DNA from: an uncultured virus (IMG/VR IMGVR_UViG_2585427635_000006)
Taxonomy: Duplodnaviria > Heunggongvirae > Uroviricota > Caudoviricetes
Length of the DNA stretch: 64,000 nt
IMG/VR virus record: IMGVR_UViG_2585427635_000006
Direction: 5' to 3' (one strand)
Shown: positions 54,561 to 64,000 of the stretch, one piece after another
Layout: the number at the start of each line of letters is the position of its first letter
Numbering within the stretch: the first letter of the stretch is position 1
Program-made: the position numbers and the translations under genes
The notes under the pieces: generated by a model
Seen by the model: only the letters and a program-made list of their open reading frames with translations
The model's database searches: none
What the model was told of the DNA's origin: nothing

Positions 54561-54697
54561 AAGCAAGCGATGACACCGTGAGCTTGACCACTGTACGCCG
54601 CTGCGGTACCGTCGCCGGTAAGGAGCGTAACAACTCCGGAAGTAGCGGTAACCGCACCCGAAACCCATGCGGTTTTTTTACGCCTGCACGTTTTTAC

Positions 54698-54777
54698 GTC
54701 GGGAGGGCGGCAGCGATACAACACCCTGCAAAGGGGAAAGCTGCCCGCCGTCTACTTCCGGTTGTTAACCTCCCGAC
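54698..54777 (+). ncRNA. c4-like antisense RNA 3
   Basis: Same scaffold as RNA 2, with CTACTTCCGG replacing CTGATTCCGG. Confidence 0.75.
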
Positions 54778-54840
54778 ACCTACGGGTGCGGCGCGTAACA
54801 ACGTCTCCCCGTGGTCATCCCATGAAGTAGGAGACGTTCT

Positions 54841-55431
54841 ATGACGCGGTCCATTATTCCGTTCGATTTTCATTCCCACGTTGTGCGCGTTGTGATGCGC
54901 GATGGCAATCCGTGGTTCATTGCTACCGATGTTGCCGTAGCGCTTGGCTACCGTGATGCAGCTAATGCCGCACGTCACGTTGGTTTACATCAGAAGGGTA
55001 CTCATATTGTGAGTACCATCAAGGGAAATCAAGAACTTACGATCGTTTCAGAAGGTGGGTTATACCGCCTTGTTCTACGAAGCCGTAAGCCAGAGGCTGT
55101 TGCCTTCTCGGATTGGGTTACGGATGAAGTCCTGCCCTCAATCCGCAAGACGGGAAGCTATTCCACCACGGGAACAATGGTGAATGACGATGCACTCTGC
55201 GCCATCTGGTTTCTGTGCGACCACTTCAAGAAGCTGCACGAGATGTCCCGCGTCAACAAGGTTCCGCAAGCACTGTATTGGCTTGGAGCGACAGAGATTA
55301 GCGGTGAGCTTGGTACGCGTCTGCTTGAGGGCATGAAGGGCGGCGTTCTCAAAATAGAAAAAGCCCTCGGCCCACACCTGGAGCAGGCCGCCCAAAAGGG
55401 CATGGGCAATGCAAGCAGGCATCTGTCATGA
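54841..55431 (+). CDS. Bro-N antirepressor-like protein
   Basis: PWFIATDV...LGY...SEGGLY.L...SRKP.A..F..WV..EVLPSIRKTG. Confidence 0.88.
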   Translation: MTRSIIPFDFHSHVVRVVMRDGNPWFIATDVAVALGYRDAANAARHVGLHQKGTHIVSTIKGNQELTIVSEGGLYRLVLRSRKPEAVAFSDWVTDEVLPSIRKTGSYSTTGTMVNDDALCAIWFLCDHFKKLHEMSRVNKVPQALYWLGATEISGELGTRLLEGMKGGVLKIEKALGPHLEQAAQKGMGNASRHLS

Positions 55432-55533
55432 ACACCATCAGTAATGAACAGGGAGTTGGAATGAATGCAATCACACCGTTTCACTTTGAATCGCAAGCCG
55501 TGCGCGTTCAGCTTGATGATTAAGGGAAACGCC

Positions 55534-56682
55534 ATGCATGCACCATCTGAGTTCACTCTCCAGTTCGAATCGCAGGCCGTGCGTGTTCAGGTCGATGAGC
55601 ACGAGCGGCGATGGTTCAACGCCAATGACATTTGCGCGGCGTTGGAGTTGCTAAATCCGCGTGCTGCACTTGCTCAGCATGTGGACATAGAAAACGTTCG
55701 GAAGCTGGGCACTTTTACGGTGCGTGGCCTTCAACACGCCAACTATCTAAGCGAGCCAGGGGTGTACGCCCTGCTCATCGGCAGCACCAAAGAGGCGGCT
55801 AAACGCTTTAGACGGTGGCTCACCAGTGAAGCGCTGCCCACAGTCCTAAAAGCGGGTCAACACATTGCCCCGCTGCACAGCGTGCCGTCCTTCTCGACTC
55901 CCTTTCCGCCCAGAGAGGAACACACAATGAACGCAATCACTCCATTCCAATTTGAATCGCACGCCGTGCGTACCGTGGTCGATGATCACGGCGAAGTGTG
56001 GTTTGTCGGCACAGACGTTGCTACGGTATTAGGCTACGCCAACCCCCATAAAGCGTTGGATGCCCACTGCAAGGGGTGTGCGAAACGCACACCCCTTCAG
56101 ACACCAGGCGGGATTCAAAAAATTCGGATCATCTCCGAGCCTGACATGCTCCGCTTGATTGTGAGCAGCAAACTCCCTGCCGCAGAGCGGTTCGAGCGTT
56201 GGGTGTTTGAGGAAGTTCTGCCCACCCTGCGCAAGACAGGCACCTACTCCACACCAGGAGCACTGCCCACCTTGCCTGGGCCGACACAGGATCGCGTTGC
56301 CGCACTCCTGTTAATCGGCCAATTCGTTTCCAAAGTGACTGGCGTAAAACCAGGGATTGCCGCAGCGGCGACGCTGGCCTGCATCAAAAGCAATACGAAT
56401 TTAACGACCGAAGAAATACGCCGTGCATTGCCTGCGTTGCAGGAACCGCTTTGCCTGCTCAACGCCACGCAACTAGGCAAGCGGCTGCATTGCTCGGCCA
56501 AGGCGGTGAACCAATTATTAGCCTCCAGAGGCTTTCAGTTCCGTAATGAACGCGACGAATGGGAATTAACCGAAGCCGGTCGCGTGTGGTGTGAAGCCAT
56601 TCCGTACTCGCGCAACGGGCACAGCAGTTATCAACTCTTGTGGAATCCAGAGGTCATCGCGTGTCTGAGGGAGGCTGCATGA
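55534..56682 (+). CDS. Double Bro-N plus KilAC-like antirepressor
   Basis: Paralog of 4880-6103 with a different second Bro-N. Confidence 0.85.
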   Translation: MHAPSEFTLQFESQAVRVQVDEHERRWFNANDICAALELLNPRAALAQHVDIENVRKLGTFTVRGLQHANYLSEPGVYALLIGSTKEAAKRFRRWLTSEALPTVLKAGQHIAPLHSVPSFSTPFPPREEHTMNAITPFQFESHAVRTVVDDHGEVWFVGTDVATVLGYANPHKALDAHCKGCAKRTPLQTPGGIQKIRIISEPDMLRLIVSSKLPAAERFERWVFEEVLPTLRKTGTYSTPGALPTLPGPTQDRVAALLLIGQFVSKVTGVKPGIAAAATLACIKSNTNLTTEEIRRALPALQEPLCLLNATQLGKRLHCSAKAVNQLLASRGFQFRNERDEWELTEAGRVWCEAIPYSRNGHSSYQLLWNPEVIACLREAA

Positions 56683-56939
56683 ACGGCTACGCACGCCCCC
56701 GTGGCGATGATGTACGTAACTCGGAAGCAGCAGTGGTGCGGAAGGTTGTTCGCCAGTTGCCGGATGGGTTCTACGGGTTTGTGCAAGATGGAAACATTGT
56801 TTACGAGATTCATCCCGCCGACATCAGGGAGGCGCTGCGCTGGATCGAACATTTAGCGCAGAAAACGTGGATCACAAAGCATCACCTAGAACAGTTCGCG
56901 TGCATTGCGGCGGACACGTTCGAGATGAGAAGGCAGTGA
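56679..56939 (+). CDS. Hypothetical protein
   Basis: GGAGG RBS; coupled ORF. Confidence 0.6.
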   Translation: MNGYARPRGDDVRNSEAAVVRKVVRQLPDGFYGFVQDGNIVYEIHPADIREALRWIEHLAQKTWITKHHLEQFACIAADTFEMRRQ

Positions 56940-56940
56940 G

Positions 56941-57783
56941 ATGCCGAGTCGTTTGCTTCGTGAGGGTATCTTGAGCAGTGAACGCGTCAATGCGCTGGAT
57001 TTCCCTGCCGAAGTGTTTTACCGGCGTCTGATGTCCAAGGTAGATGACCATGGATTATATGACGCCCGCCCGTCGATGCTGAGGGCATCGCTGTACCCGT
57101 TGAAGGTTGATCGGGTTCGTGAGGCCGACATTTCCCGTTGGATCGCTGCGTGCGAGAAGGCCGGACTGATCGCTCTCTACGACGAAGATGGAAAGCCGTA
57201 TTTGCAAATGTTGGACACCCGTTGGCAGGCAAGGTCGGAACCTAAATTTCCGTTGCCACCAACTGCCCGTAGTGGCGTTCAGATTTCTACGGATGCAAAC
57301 AACTGTAAACAGGTGAAAACAGCTGTTCACCTAGTCGTAGTCGAAGACGAAGACGATAAAAACAACAAAATACCTAACGGTATTTTGAGTGCATCGCTTG
57401 ACAGCGAAGCACCTGACATCGGGGAGGAACATCAAAATCAGAAAAAACCAGCTTTGGGCGAAAAACCACCTTCTGGCGACCGGATTCCGTACCAGGCCAT
57501 TGTGGATGCCTTCAACGCCACGATGACAGAGCTGCCCAAGGTCAGGGAAATGACGCCGAAGCGGCGCACGTTGATCCGGTCAGCATGGCAGGCGTCGCCA
57601 CAACGACGCAGCCTTGGATTCTTTCAGGCGTACCTGGACGAATGTCAGGAGGATCCTTTTCTCAACGGCACTGGGCCGTACAAGCCACCGGACTGGCGGC
57701 CAAGTTTCGATTACCTGATGAAAAACGAGGTGGTGACGAAGGTTTTTGAAACGGCGATAGATCGCGAGGAGCGCTGCCAGTGA
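56941..57783 (+). CDS. Phage replication initiator
   Basis: R.LR..I..SE, L...DD.G, C-terminal W...FDYL; upstream of DnaB. Confidence 0.78.
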   Translation: MPSRLLREGILSSERVNALDFPAEVFYRRLMSKVDDHGLYDARPSMLRASLYPLKVDRVREADISRWIAACEKAGLIALYDEDGKPYLQMLDTRWQARSEPKFPLPPTARSGVQISTDANNCKQVKTAVHLVVVEDEDDKNNKIPNGILSASLDSEAPDIGEEHQNQKKPALGEKPPSGDRIPYQAIVDAFNATMTELPKVREMTPKRRTLIRSAWQASPQRRSLGFFQAYLDECQEDPFLNGTGPYKPPDWRPSFDYLMKNEVVTKVFETAIDREERCQ

Positions 57784-59240
57784 ACGCTCGTCTTTACGCT
57801 TTCGATGAACGTTGTACTGGGGAACTACGGGTGCCGCCGTGGTCGTTGGAGGCTGAGCAGGCGGTGTTGGGGGGGCTGATGCTGGCACCGGAAATGCTGG
57901 TCAAGATCGCGGACTGGATCACGCCAGAAAACTTCTACCGCCGTGATCACCAGTTGATCTATCGCGCCATTCTGGAATTGGACAGCAAGCGTCAGCCTTG
58001 CGATGCCGTGACCTTGATGGAGTGGTTCCACTCGCAAGGGTTGAGTGCAGAGGTGGACGGTGGTGCGTATCTGATCGAATTGGCGAGTACCACGCCCTCG
58101 GCGGCTAACATTGTGGCCTACGCTGAAATCGTTGTGGACAAGGCGAGATTGCGTGAGTTGATCGACGTGGGTACCCGTCTTCAGGATGCCGGGTTTAAGC
58201 CTGAAGGCCGGGAGACACGCGACCTGATCGCCGAGGCTGAACACGCAATTGCTCGGCTTGCTGATCGCCCACGCGTCGGCGGCATCAAGACGATGCAGGA
58301 AGTCGCACGGCGCTGGTTCGACGATTTGCAGTGCCGTTACAGCGACAAGGGACGGTTGTACGGACTGCCGACACCGTGGGGAAAGTTCAACGCGATGACA
58401 GGCGGATTAGCCCCTGGTCAGCTGATCATTCTTGCAGCCAGACCGGGGATGGGGAAAAGCGCGTGGGCGGTGAATGTGGCCACGGCAAACGCATTGCATG
58501 GCAAGCGGGTACTGTTTTTCAACCTGGAAATGACCGATGTCAGTATTTTTAACCGCTGCATTGCCTCGGTCATGAACGTGCCATTGCAATGGCTTCGTGA
58601 GCCTAACGACGACTGCCCCGACAGTGAAATGTTCTGGAGTCAGGTCACTGAAGGGGTGCGCCGGATGCGTGATGCCGGACTCATGATTGATGACACGCCT
58701 GGACTCAATCGGGAGCAGATCATGGCGCGTGCGCGCCGTGAGCATCTGCGTCAGCCGGTGGACTTGATCATCATTGACCACCTGCACCTGATGCCTCTGC
58801 CTGGAAAGACGCGTGAAACGGTGGAGATTGGGGAAATCACCCGCGATCTTAAGGGATTAGGTAAGGAGCTTGGCTGTCCGGTGGTGTTGCTGGCGCAGTT
58901 GAATCGCGGTGTTGAAGCACGGCAGAACAAGCGACCGGTGATGAAGGACCTGCGTGAATCTGGAAACATCGAACAGGACGCCGACCTGATCGTATTTTTG
59001 TACCGAGACGACTATTACGCCGAACAGGAAGATCGTGCCAGCGAGTACCCCGGTTTTCTGGAAATCAACATTGCCAAACAACGTGAAGGGCAGACAGGCC
59101 GGGTGTGGGCACGCAGCAGACTGGCCTACGGATACATTGACGATTACGAAGGCGAACCACCTCAAGGCCGCGTTTCCGTGGTATCGGCACCCAGCAAAGC
59201 CCGCATGCGCTGGAGTCAATACAGAGACGATCAGGGGTGA
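57780..59240 (+). CDS. dnaB: Replicative DNA helicase (phage DnaB)
   Basis: [41 protein letters not shown]. Confidence 0.95.
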   Translation: MNARLYAFDERCTGELRVPPWSLEAEQAVLGGLMLAPEMLVKIADWITPENFYRRDHQLIYRAILELDSKRQPCDAVTLMEWFHSQGLSAEVDGGAYLIELASTTPSAANIVAYAEIVVDKARLRELIDVGTRLQDAGFKPEGRETRDLIAEAEHAIARLADRPRVGGIKTMQEVARRWFDDLQCRYSDKGRLYGLPTPWGKFNAMTGGLAPGQLIILAARPGMGKSAWAVNVATANALHGKRVLFFNLEMTDVSIFNRCIASVMNVPLQWLREPNDDCPDSEMFWSQVTEGVRRMRDAGLMIDDTPGLNREQIMARARREHLRQPVDLIIIDHLHLMPLPGKTRETVEIGEITRDLKGLGKELGCPVVLLAQLNRGVEARQNKRPVMKDLRESGNIEQDADLIVFLYRDDYYAEQEDRASEYPGFLEINIAKQREGQTGRVWARSRLAYGYIDDYEGEPPQGRVSVVSAPSKARMRWSQYRDDQG

Positions 59241-59671
59241 AGCAGATGCAATCTTTAACATTGCCGTGGCCCTCCAAGGACCTGTCACCGAACGCACGGG
59301 TGCATTGGACACGGCGCAGCAAAGCCGTAAAACAGGCCAGAGGCTACGCCGAGGTGATGGCACGGCGTGCCGGATGGGGGGGCCTGTCACTCCCTGTTGA
59401 GGGGCGTCTGAATTTATGGATTAGCTTCTATCCGCCCACACGCTGTCTGCCTGACGATGACAACATGCTGGCGCGGTTTAAGCCGTACCGGGATGGCATT
59501 GCCGATGCCCTGGGCATTGATGACCGGCGTTTTGTATCGCATCCGTTGATTGAGGATGAGGTACGCCACGCCGGACAGGTGGTCATCACCATCACGGGCA
59601 TCACGCAGCAAGCAACGGAGGGCCACGCCTGCATGCCAATCCTGCATTCTGATCCTCCCCATCCGTGGTGA
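59237..59671 (+). CDS. RusA-like Holliday junction resolvase
   Basis: LPWP, DDDN....K...[11 protein letters not shown]. Confidence 0.8.
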   Translation: MKQMQSLTLPWPSKDLSPNARVHWTRRSKAVKQARGYAEVMARRAGWGGLSLPVEGRLNLWISFYPPTRCLPDDDNMLARFKPYRDGIADALGIDDRRFVSHPLIEDEVRHAGQVVITITGITQQATEGHACMPILHSDPPHPW

Positions 59672-59780
59672 TGGCCGTGTGACCAACGTTTATTCAGGTG
59701 ATGCCTACCTGAGCGCTATGAAGCGCCTGGTGACTGCTTCTGGTCACCGCTTTTGACGTGAAACCCACAGGACATCCGCC

Positions 59781-60479
59781 ATGACTGATCCGCGACGCTT
59801 ACTGGCTCGTTTGAACCCGAGCACGATCCGCTACGACACGCTACCTGGTGGAGTGCCTGAGTTGACAGCGCAAGACATTGCCCATGCCCTGGGGCTGGTG
59901 CCTGCGGGGTTGGGGCGTGAGGTACTGCAAGCGTGCTGGTGGCCGGATGGCGCAGCGTTGCGCCGTAGCCCCTTGCGCGATGCGACGGTGGCCTTGGTGG
60001 TGCCGGAGATTCGACGGCAGCAGCAGTGCTTGCTGGAAGCGCGTACCGATGTGGGCATTGTCAAAGCGTGCATGGGGTGGACCCGAGCAACGACAAGCGC
60101 ACAGCAGGCCGCGCTGAGGCGTGCGCAGGAGCGGCTGGACAAGCTCAAAGCCCACCTGTGGCCGCAGGCGACGTTGGAGATGTTACCGGTACTGGTTGCG
60201 GCGGTGGTGGGTGAGCTGTCCACGCCGCAGTTATGCCCCTGCTGTCATGGTCGGGGGGAACGGCGTGTAGGGGCGTTGGTGAAGGTGTGCACGGCGTGCG
60301 GGGGCAGCGGTGCGGTTCCCGCCAGTGACCGCAAGCGTGCCGCTGCCCTTGGCCGGGACGAATCCACCTACCGCACGACATGGCGCGGCCTGTATGAGTG
60401 GCTGTTGGAGCGGATGGGTGTTGCGGAACGACAGGCGGCGACGCAGTTGCAAGAGGCATTGCAGACAGATGCTGCGTAG
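59781..60479 (+). CDS. Q-like late antiterminator with Zn finger
   Basis: CxxCxGxG twice; directly upstream of a promoter, terminators and lysis genes. Confidence 0.78.
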   Translation: MTDPRRLLARLNPSTIRYDTLPGGVPELTAQDIAHALGLVPAGLGREVLQACWWPDGAALRRSPLRDATVALVVPEIRRQQQCLLEARTDVGIVKACMGWTRATTSAQQAALRRAQERLDKLKAHLWPQATLEMLPVLVAAVVGELSTPQLCPCCHGRGERRVGALVKVCTACGGSGAVPASDRKRAAALGRDESTYRTTWRGLYEWLLERMGVAERQAATQLQEALQTDAA

Positions 60480-60486
60480 TGCGGGA

Positions 60487-60516
60487 TTGATGCCCCCGCA
60501 CTTTCACCCCTACTGT
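60487..60516 (+). promoter_or_regulatory. Putative pR'-like late promoter
   Basis: TTGATG-18-TACTGT right after Q. Confidence 0.5.
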
Positions 60517-60559
60517 ACGCGCCTGAGTGGTGCTATGCCCTCATCGAATGATTTACTCG

Positions 60560-60626
60560 CGCCCTGCCCACCTCAGCAGGGCTTTTTTTTATTCAAAGCC
60601 AGCGACCGCCTTCGGGCGGTTTTTTG
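60560..60626 (+). terminator. Two tandem intrinsic terminators before the lysis genes
   Basis: GCCCTGC..GCAGGGC plus T tract; ACCGCC-TTCG-GGCGGT plus T tract. Confidence 0.8.
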
Positions 60627-60643
60627 CGTACTGGAGTCCCCCC

Positions 60644-61144
60644 ATGCAGACCATTGGCGAAGAAGGCATTGCACTGATCAAGTTTTTTGAGGGTTTGCGG
60701 TTGCAGGCGTACATATGCGAAGGCGGTGCGCTGACGATTGGCTATGGTGAGACGGGCAAGCATGTTACGCCTGATATGTGTCTTGCCAATGAGCAGGAAG
60801 CCGATGCGATGTTACGTGCTCGATTAGCCAAAGAGTTTGAACCGGCTGTAAGGCGTTATGTGCGTGTGCCACTCAAGCAACAGCAGTTCGATGCGCTGGT
60901 ATCGCTGAGCTTCAACATTGGTGCGGGTGCGTTCCACCGCTCGACGCTGTTACGCAAGCTTAATGCCGGTGATGTTGCTGGTGCGGCGCAGCAGTTTCAT
61001 GTGTGGAAATGGGCGGGCGGTCGTGTGCAGTCGGGTTTAATCATCAGGCGTGCCGCCGAACGTGTTTTATTTGAATATGGTGACTGGCGTGCCGAAGCGG
61101 AGAAACAGCGTGCCGCTTTGAAGAGCAAGGGTCGCCGTGATTGA
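60644..61144 (+). CDS. Endolysin (GH24 lysozyme)
   Basis: Near-identical to 19752-20246. Confidence 0.95.
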   Translation: MQTIGEEGIALIKFFEGLRLQAYICEGGALTIGYGETGKHVTPDMCLANEQEADAMLRARLAKEFEPAVRRYVRVPLKQQQFDALVSLSFNIGAGAFHRSTLLRKLNAGDVAGAAQQFHVWKWAGGRVQSGLIIRRAAERVLFEYGDWRAEAEKQRAALKSKGRRD

Positions 61145-61466
61145 CGTTTCTACACTGCCTACCTGGTGGAAGGAGGCGTTTTATGTGTGCTTGGCGATGG
61201 CCACGGGGACGCTGAGTTATTTAATGCGTGCACTGGACGCTAAGGAGAGGCTGGCGGTTTCCCGCGTGTTGATTGAGGCGGGGATTGCGGGGTTTGTTGG
61301 TTTATTTGTGATGTGTGTGTGTGAATGGTTGGAGATGAGCCAAGCGTTCACGGTGGCGGCGGTGATTGCCTCCGGTTTAATTGATACACCGCAGACCTTA
61401 GAGCTGATTCAGAACGTGATTGTGCCCAAGCTCGGCACGGGGAGAAGGAACACAGATGATCGTTAA
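61137..61466 (+). CDS. Holin
   Basis: Hydrophobic 109-aa protein; diverged paralog of 20239-20568. Confidence 0.8.
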   Translation: MIDVSTLPTWWKEAFYVCLAMATGTLSYLMRALDAKERLAVSRVLIEAGIAGFVGLFVMCVCEWLEMSQAFTVAAVIASGLIDTPQTLELIQNVIVPKLGTGRRNTDDR

Positions 61467-61917
61467 TACACTGCGCCGTGTGGGGCGAGGTTTGCCCAGT
61501 GTGCGGCTGTTGGTTGAGTACATGATGATTGGTGCGTTGGTGGCGTTGGTGGCGCATGCAGTGCTGGCCTGGTCCGAGCGCAGTCAATTAGCGCAACGTG
61601 CGGCGCAGCTGGAAGGCCAGTTAGCAGCCGTGGAAAGCACGTTGGATGCGCAGGTTGCGATCAACACGGAGCAAGACGCGGCGATTACGCGGCTGCGTGC
61701 GTTACGGGAGATCGACAGGCAGGCGATTGCGGGGCTGCATACGGATTTGAATCGGATCACGGTGCGCGATCGTGTGTTACGTCAACGCATCATACATTTG
61801 GAGCAACACCACGATGAGGCGAAAGCTTTTTTGGATATGGATGTGCCTGACGTGCTTGGGTGCTTGCTCGACGGGGGTTCCTGTCAAGCCAGTTATCGTC
61901 ACGCAGACCCGCGTTGA
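61456..61917 (+). CDS. i-spanin (Rz-like)
   Basis: Paralog of 20558-21019. Confidence 0.78.
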   Translation: MIVNTLRRVGRGLPSVRLLVEYMMIGALVALVAHAVLAWSERSQLAQRAAQLEGQLAAVESTLDAQVAINTEQDAAITRLRALREIDRQAIAGLHTDLNRITVRDRVLRQRIIHLEQHHDEAKAFLDMDVPDVLGCLLDGGSCQASYRHADPR

Positions 61918-62131
61918 GGTAATCACCCCGCCGCAGGTGTTGTTGCAGCCGTGTGAGGAGCCGCCATTGCCGCGTGTAGAGACAGTCCGCGACTTACTGA
62001 GCCAGACGCTGGGATGGCGTTTGGCGTATGAACACTGTGCGGCGCAAGTGCGCTGTGTTGCGGCATGGGGACAGGCGGCCAGCGTCGGGCAGCCGTGGTC
62101 CGCAGATGGCTGTGGTGAAGAGGCCGAATGA
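61814..62131 (+). CDS. o-spanin (Rz1-like)
   Basis: LGAC lipobox. Confidence 0.75.
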   Translation: MRRKLFWIWMCLTCLGACSTGVPVKPVIVTQTRVEVITPPQVLLQPCEEPPLPRVETVRDLLSQTLGWRLAYEHCAAQVRCVAAWGQAASVGQPWSADGCGEEAE

Positions 62132-62219
62132 GGCCAGTTTTTTTAGTTTTTTTCGTCTATTAAAAGAAGGGCGATGAAACGAAAAAAACGCGGATGTTTT
62201 ATTTTTCCTAAAGAGATCG

Positions 62220-62621
62220 TTGATGGCAGAGACTGGAAGAAAATCACATGTGCCAACGGATAAGAGTCGCCTGCTGGCGAAACAATTGACGTCGTTTGGC
62301 ATACCGCATGCGGAGATTGCCTTGTTGATGCAAATCAGTGCGCCGACGCTGCGCAAGCACTACCGCGTGGAGTTAGATACTGGGCATATCGAAGCCAATG
62401 CAAAGGTGGCTAAAAGTTTGTTCCGGTTAGCCACGCATAGCACCAATCCGAATATTACAGCCATCATCTTTTGGCTGAGGACGCGAGCTGGCTGGAAAGA
62501 CACGCAACGCGTTGAGGTGTCCGGTCGCGATGGGGAGGCGATTGAACAGAAGGTTGGATTGGCGTTAGTCGATGAAAAACAAATCGCCTCGGCCCTCAAG
62601 CGGCTTGAGGCTGAGTACTGA
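62220..62621 (+). CDS. Terminase small subunit
   Basis: HTH, TLRKHY..EL..G, AIIFWL.TRAGW, E.SG.DG..I. Confidence 0.78.
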   Translation: MMAETGRKSHVPTDKSRLLAKQLTSFGIPHAEIALLMQISAPTLRKHYRVELDTGHIEANAKVAKSLFRLATHSTNPNITAIIFWLRTRAGWKDTQRVEVSGRDGEAIEQKVGLALVDEKQIASALKRLEAEY

Positions 62622-64000
62622 ACAGGCCATTGATCAAGCGGTGATCAAGGCTAGGTGCGAAGCAGATCATTTATTTTTCACGCGGTATTTTTTCAAACAG
62701 CGTCAGCAACTGCGGTTTAGGGTGAATTGGCACCATCAGGTGATTGCTGGGGTGGTGGACGATGTGATTGCAGGGCGGCGCAAGGATGTGGTGATTAATG
62801 TGCCTCCTGGGTCGTCGAAAACGGAGCTTGTGGCAATTAATTTGATGGCGCGTGGGTTGGCGCTGAATCCGTATGCGCGGTTTTTGCATATTAGTTATTC
62901 GGATGATTTGGCGCTGCTGAATTCAGAGACGGCGCGGGAGATTGTGCAGTCTGATGAGTATCGTGCGTTGTGGCCGTTGGAGATTGCCGATGATGCCAAG
63001 TCAAAGAAGCGTTGGAATGTGGTGGTGGATGGTAAGAAAGCCGGTGGGGTGTATGCGGTGAGTCTGGGGGGACAGGTGACGGGGTTTCGTGCCGGACACA
63101 TGGCCCCGGGATGGCAGGGGGCGATCATTATTGATGACCCGCTGAAGGTGGAAGATGCCTACAGCAAGACCGGACGCAGTAAGGCCAACCGTAAGCTGGT
63201 GTCCACGGTGAAGAGTCGTAAAGCCAGTCCGGACACACCAATTATTGTGATTATGCAACGTTTGGCGCAAGACGATCCGACGGGGTTCATCCAGTCTGGG
63301 GGATTCCCGGGGGCGTGGGAGTGTATTGAGATTCCTGCATTGATTGATGATGCCTACGTGTCCGGTTTGCCGGAGCAGGTGCAAGGGCAGGTGGTGCGTG
63401 ATGTGCAGGACCAGGACGGACGCTACAGCTACTGGCCGTACAAAGAACCGTTAGCTGAGTTGCTGGCGTTGGAAGCCACGGATCGTTATGTGTTCAGCGG
63501 TCAATATCAGCAGCGGCCCAGTCCGCTGGGCGCTGGGATCATCAAAGGGGATCAATTTGGGCGCTATACGGTGCTGCCGCGCATTCTCTCGCGCACGGTG
63601 TATGGCGATACGGCGCAGAAGACGGCTGAGCGCAATGATTACAGCGTCTTCCAACTGTGGGGGCTGGGAGAGGACAAGCGTATCTATCTGTTGGACATGA
63701 TTCGCGGCAAGTGGGAAGCGCCGGAACTCAAGCGGCGGGCGATTGATTTTTGGAATGCGCATCGCGCCTACGACCATAAGGTATCGGCTCCGATCCGTCA
63801 GATGAAGATTGAGGACAAATCTAGCGGCACGGGCTTAATTCAGGACATTGCCAGAGGTGGCGCTGGTCAGGGGCGTATTCCGGTGACTGGGATTGCACGG
63901 GTGACCGACAAGCTCACACGGGTGATGGATGTGGTGTCCTACATCGATGCGGGATGGGTGGTGATTCCAGAGCAGGCGGGGTGGGTGAAGGATTTTGTGG
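62572..64000 (+). CDS. Terminase large subunit (partial, runs off the window)
   Basis: Hand translation: [41 protein letters not shown]. Confidence 0.9.
   Translation, partial: MKNKSPRPSSGLRLSTEQAIDQAVIKARCEADHLFFTRYFFKQRQQLRFRVNWHHQVIAGVVDDVIAGRRKDVVINVPPGSSKTELVAINLMARGLALNPYARFLHISYSDDLALLNSETAREIVQSDEYRALWPLEIADDAKSKKRWNVVVDGKKAGGVYAVSLGGQVTGFRAGHMAPGWQGAIIIDDPLKVEDAYSKTGRSKANRKLVSTVKSRKASPDTPIIVIMQRLAQDDPTGFIQSGGFPGAWECIEIPALIDDAYVSGLPEQVQGQVVRDVQDQDGRYSYWPYKEPLAELLALEATDRYVFSGQYQQRPSPLGAGIIKGDQFGRYTVLPRILSRTVYGDTAQKTAERNDYSVFQLWGLGEDKRIYLLDMIRGKWEAPELKRRAIDFWNAHRAYDHKVSAPIRQMKIEDKSSGTGLIQDIARGGAGQGRIPVTGIARVTDKLTRVMDVVSYIDAGWVVIPEQAGWVKDFV

Larger units (their letters stand above)
41234..64000. 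mobile_element. Prophage 2 (lambdoid, Red/DnaB/Q type); right end outside window
   Basis: att core, integrase, recombination, immunity, replication, Q, lysis and terminase genes in lambdoid order. Confidence 0.93.

Noticed and set aside
59759..59773. Sixth late-promoter motif (GAAACCCACAGGAC)
   Set aside because: Only a partial match with wrong spacing; doubles as the RBS of the Q-like gene

Overview
The window is almost entirely two tandem prophages; gene content and style suggest Xylella fastidiosa (inference). Prophage 1 (<1 to ~41283) carries a partial integrase, a leftward APSE-like replication module (SNF2 helicase, VRR-NUC, family A DNA polymerase, SSB, Cas4-like exonuclease), an S24-type CI/Cro switch, antirepressors, a P4-type primase, a Mor-like activator, lysis genes, lambda-like cos/terminase/portal and a P2-like contractile tail. 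A 50-bp 3' fragment of tRNA-Val(GAC) at 41234-41283 marks the att junction. Prophage 2 (41234 to >64000) is lambdoid: integrase, SSB, YqaJ/Bet, a peptidase-less repressor, antirepressors, initiator, DnaB, RusA, Q, lysis genes and terminase. The two share many short homology linkers but have different operators. Most notable are: three c4-like antisense RNA cassettes whose recognition words co-vary; antisense cargo genes overlain by translationally coupled bridge ORFs; SLATT-like 2-TM genes with Pro-rich micro-ORFs; a 19-bp late-promoter motif found five times; and a structured 66-bp repeat flanking a truncated ATPase-like cassette. Several core genes carry single-base frameshifts that may be sequencing errors. 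Family assignments are from motif recognition only; no searches were run.
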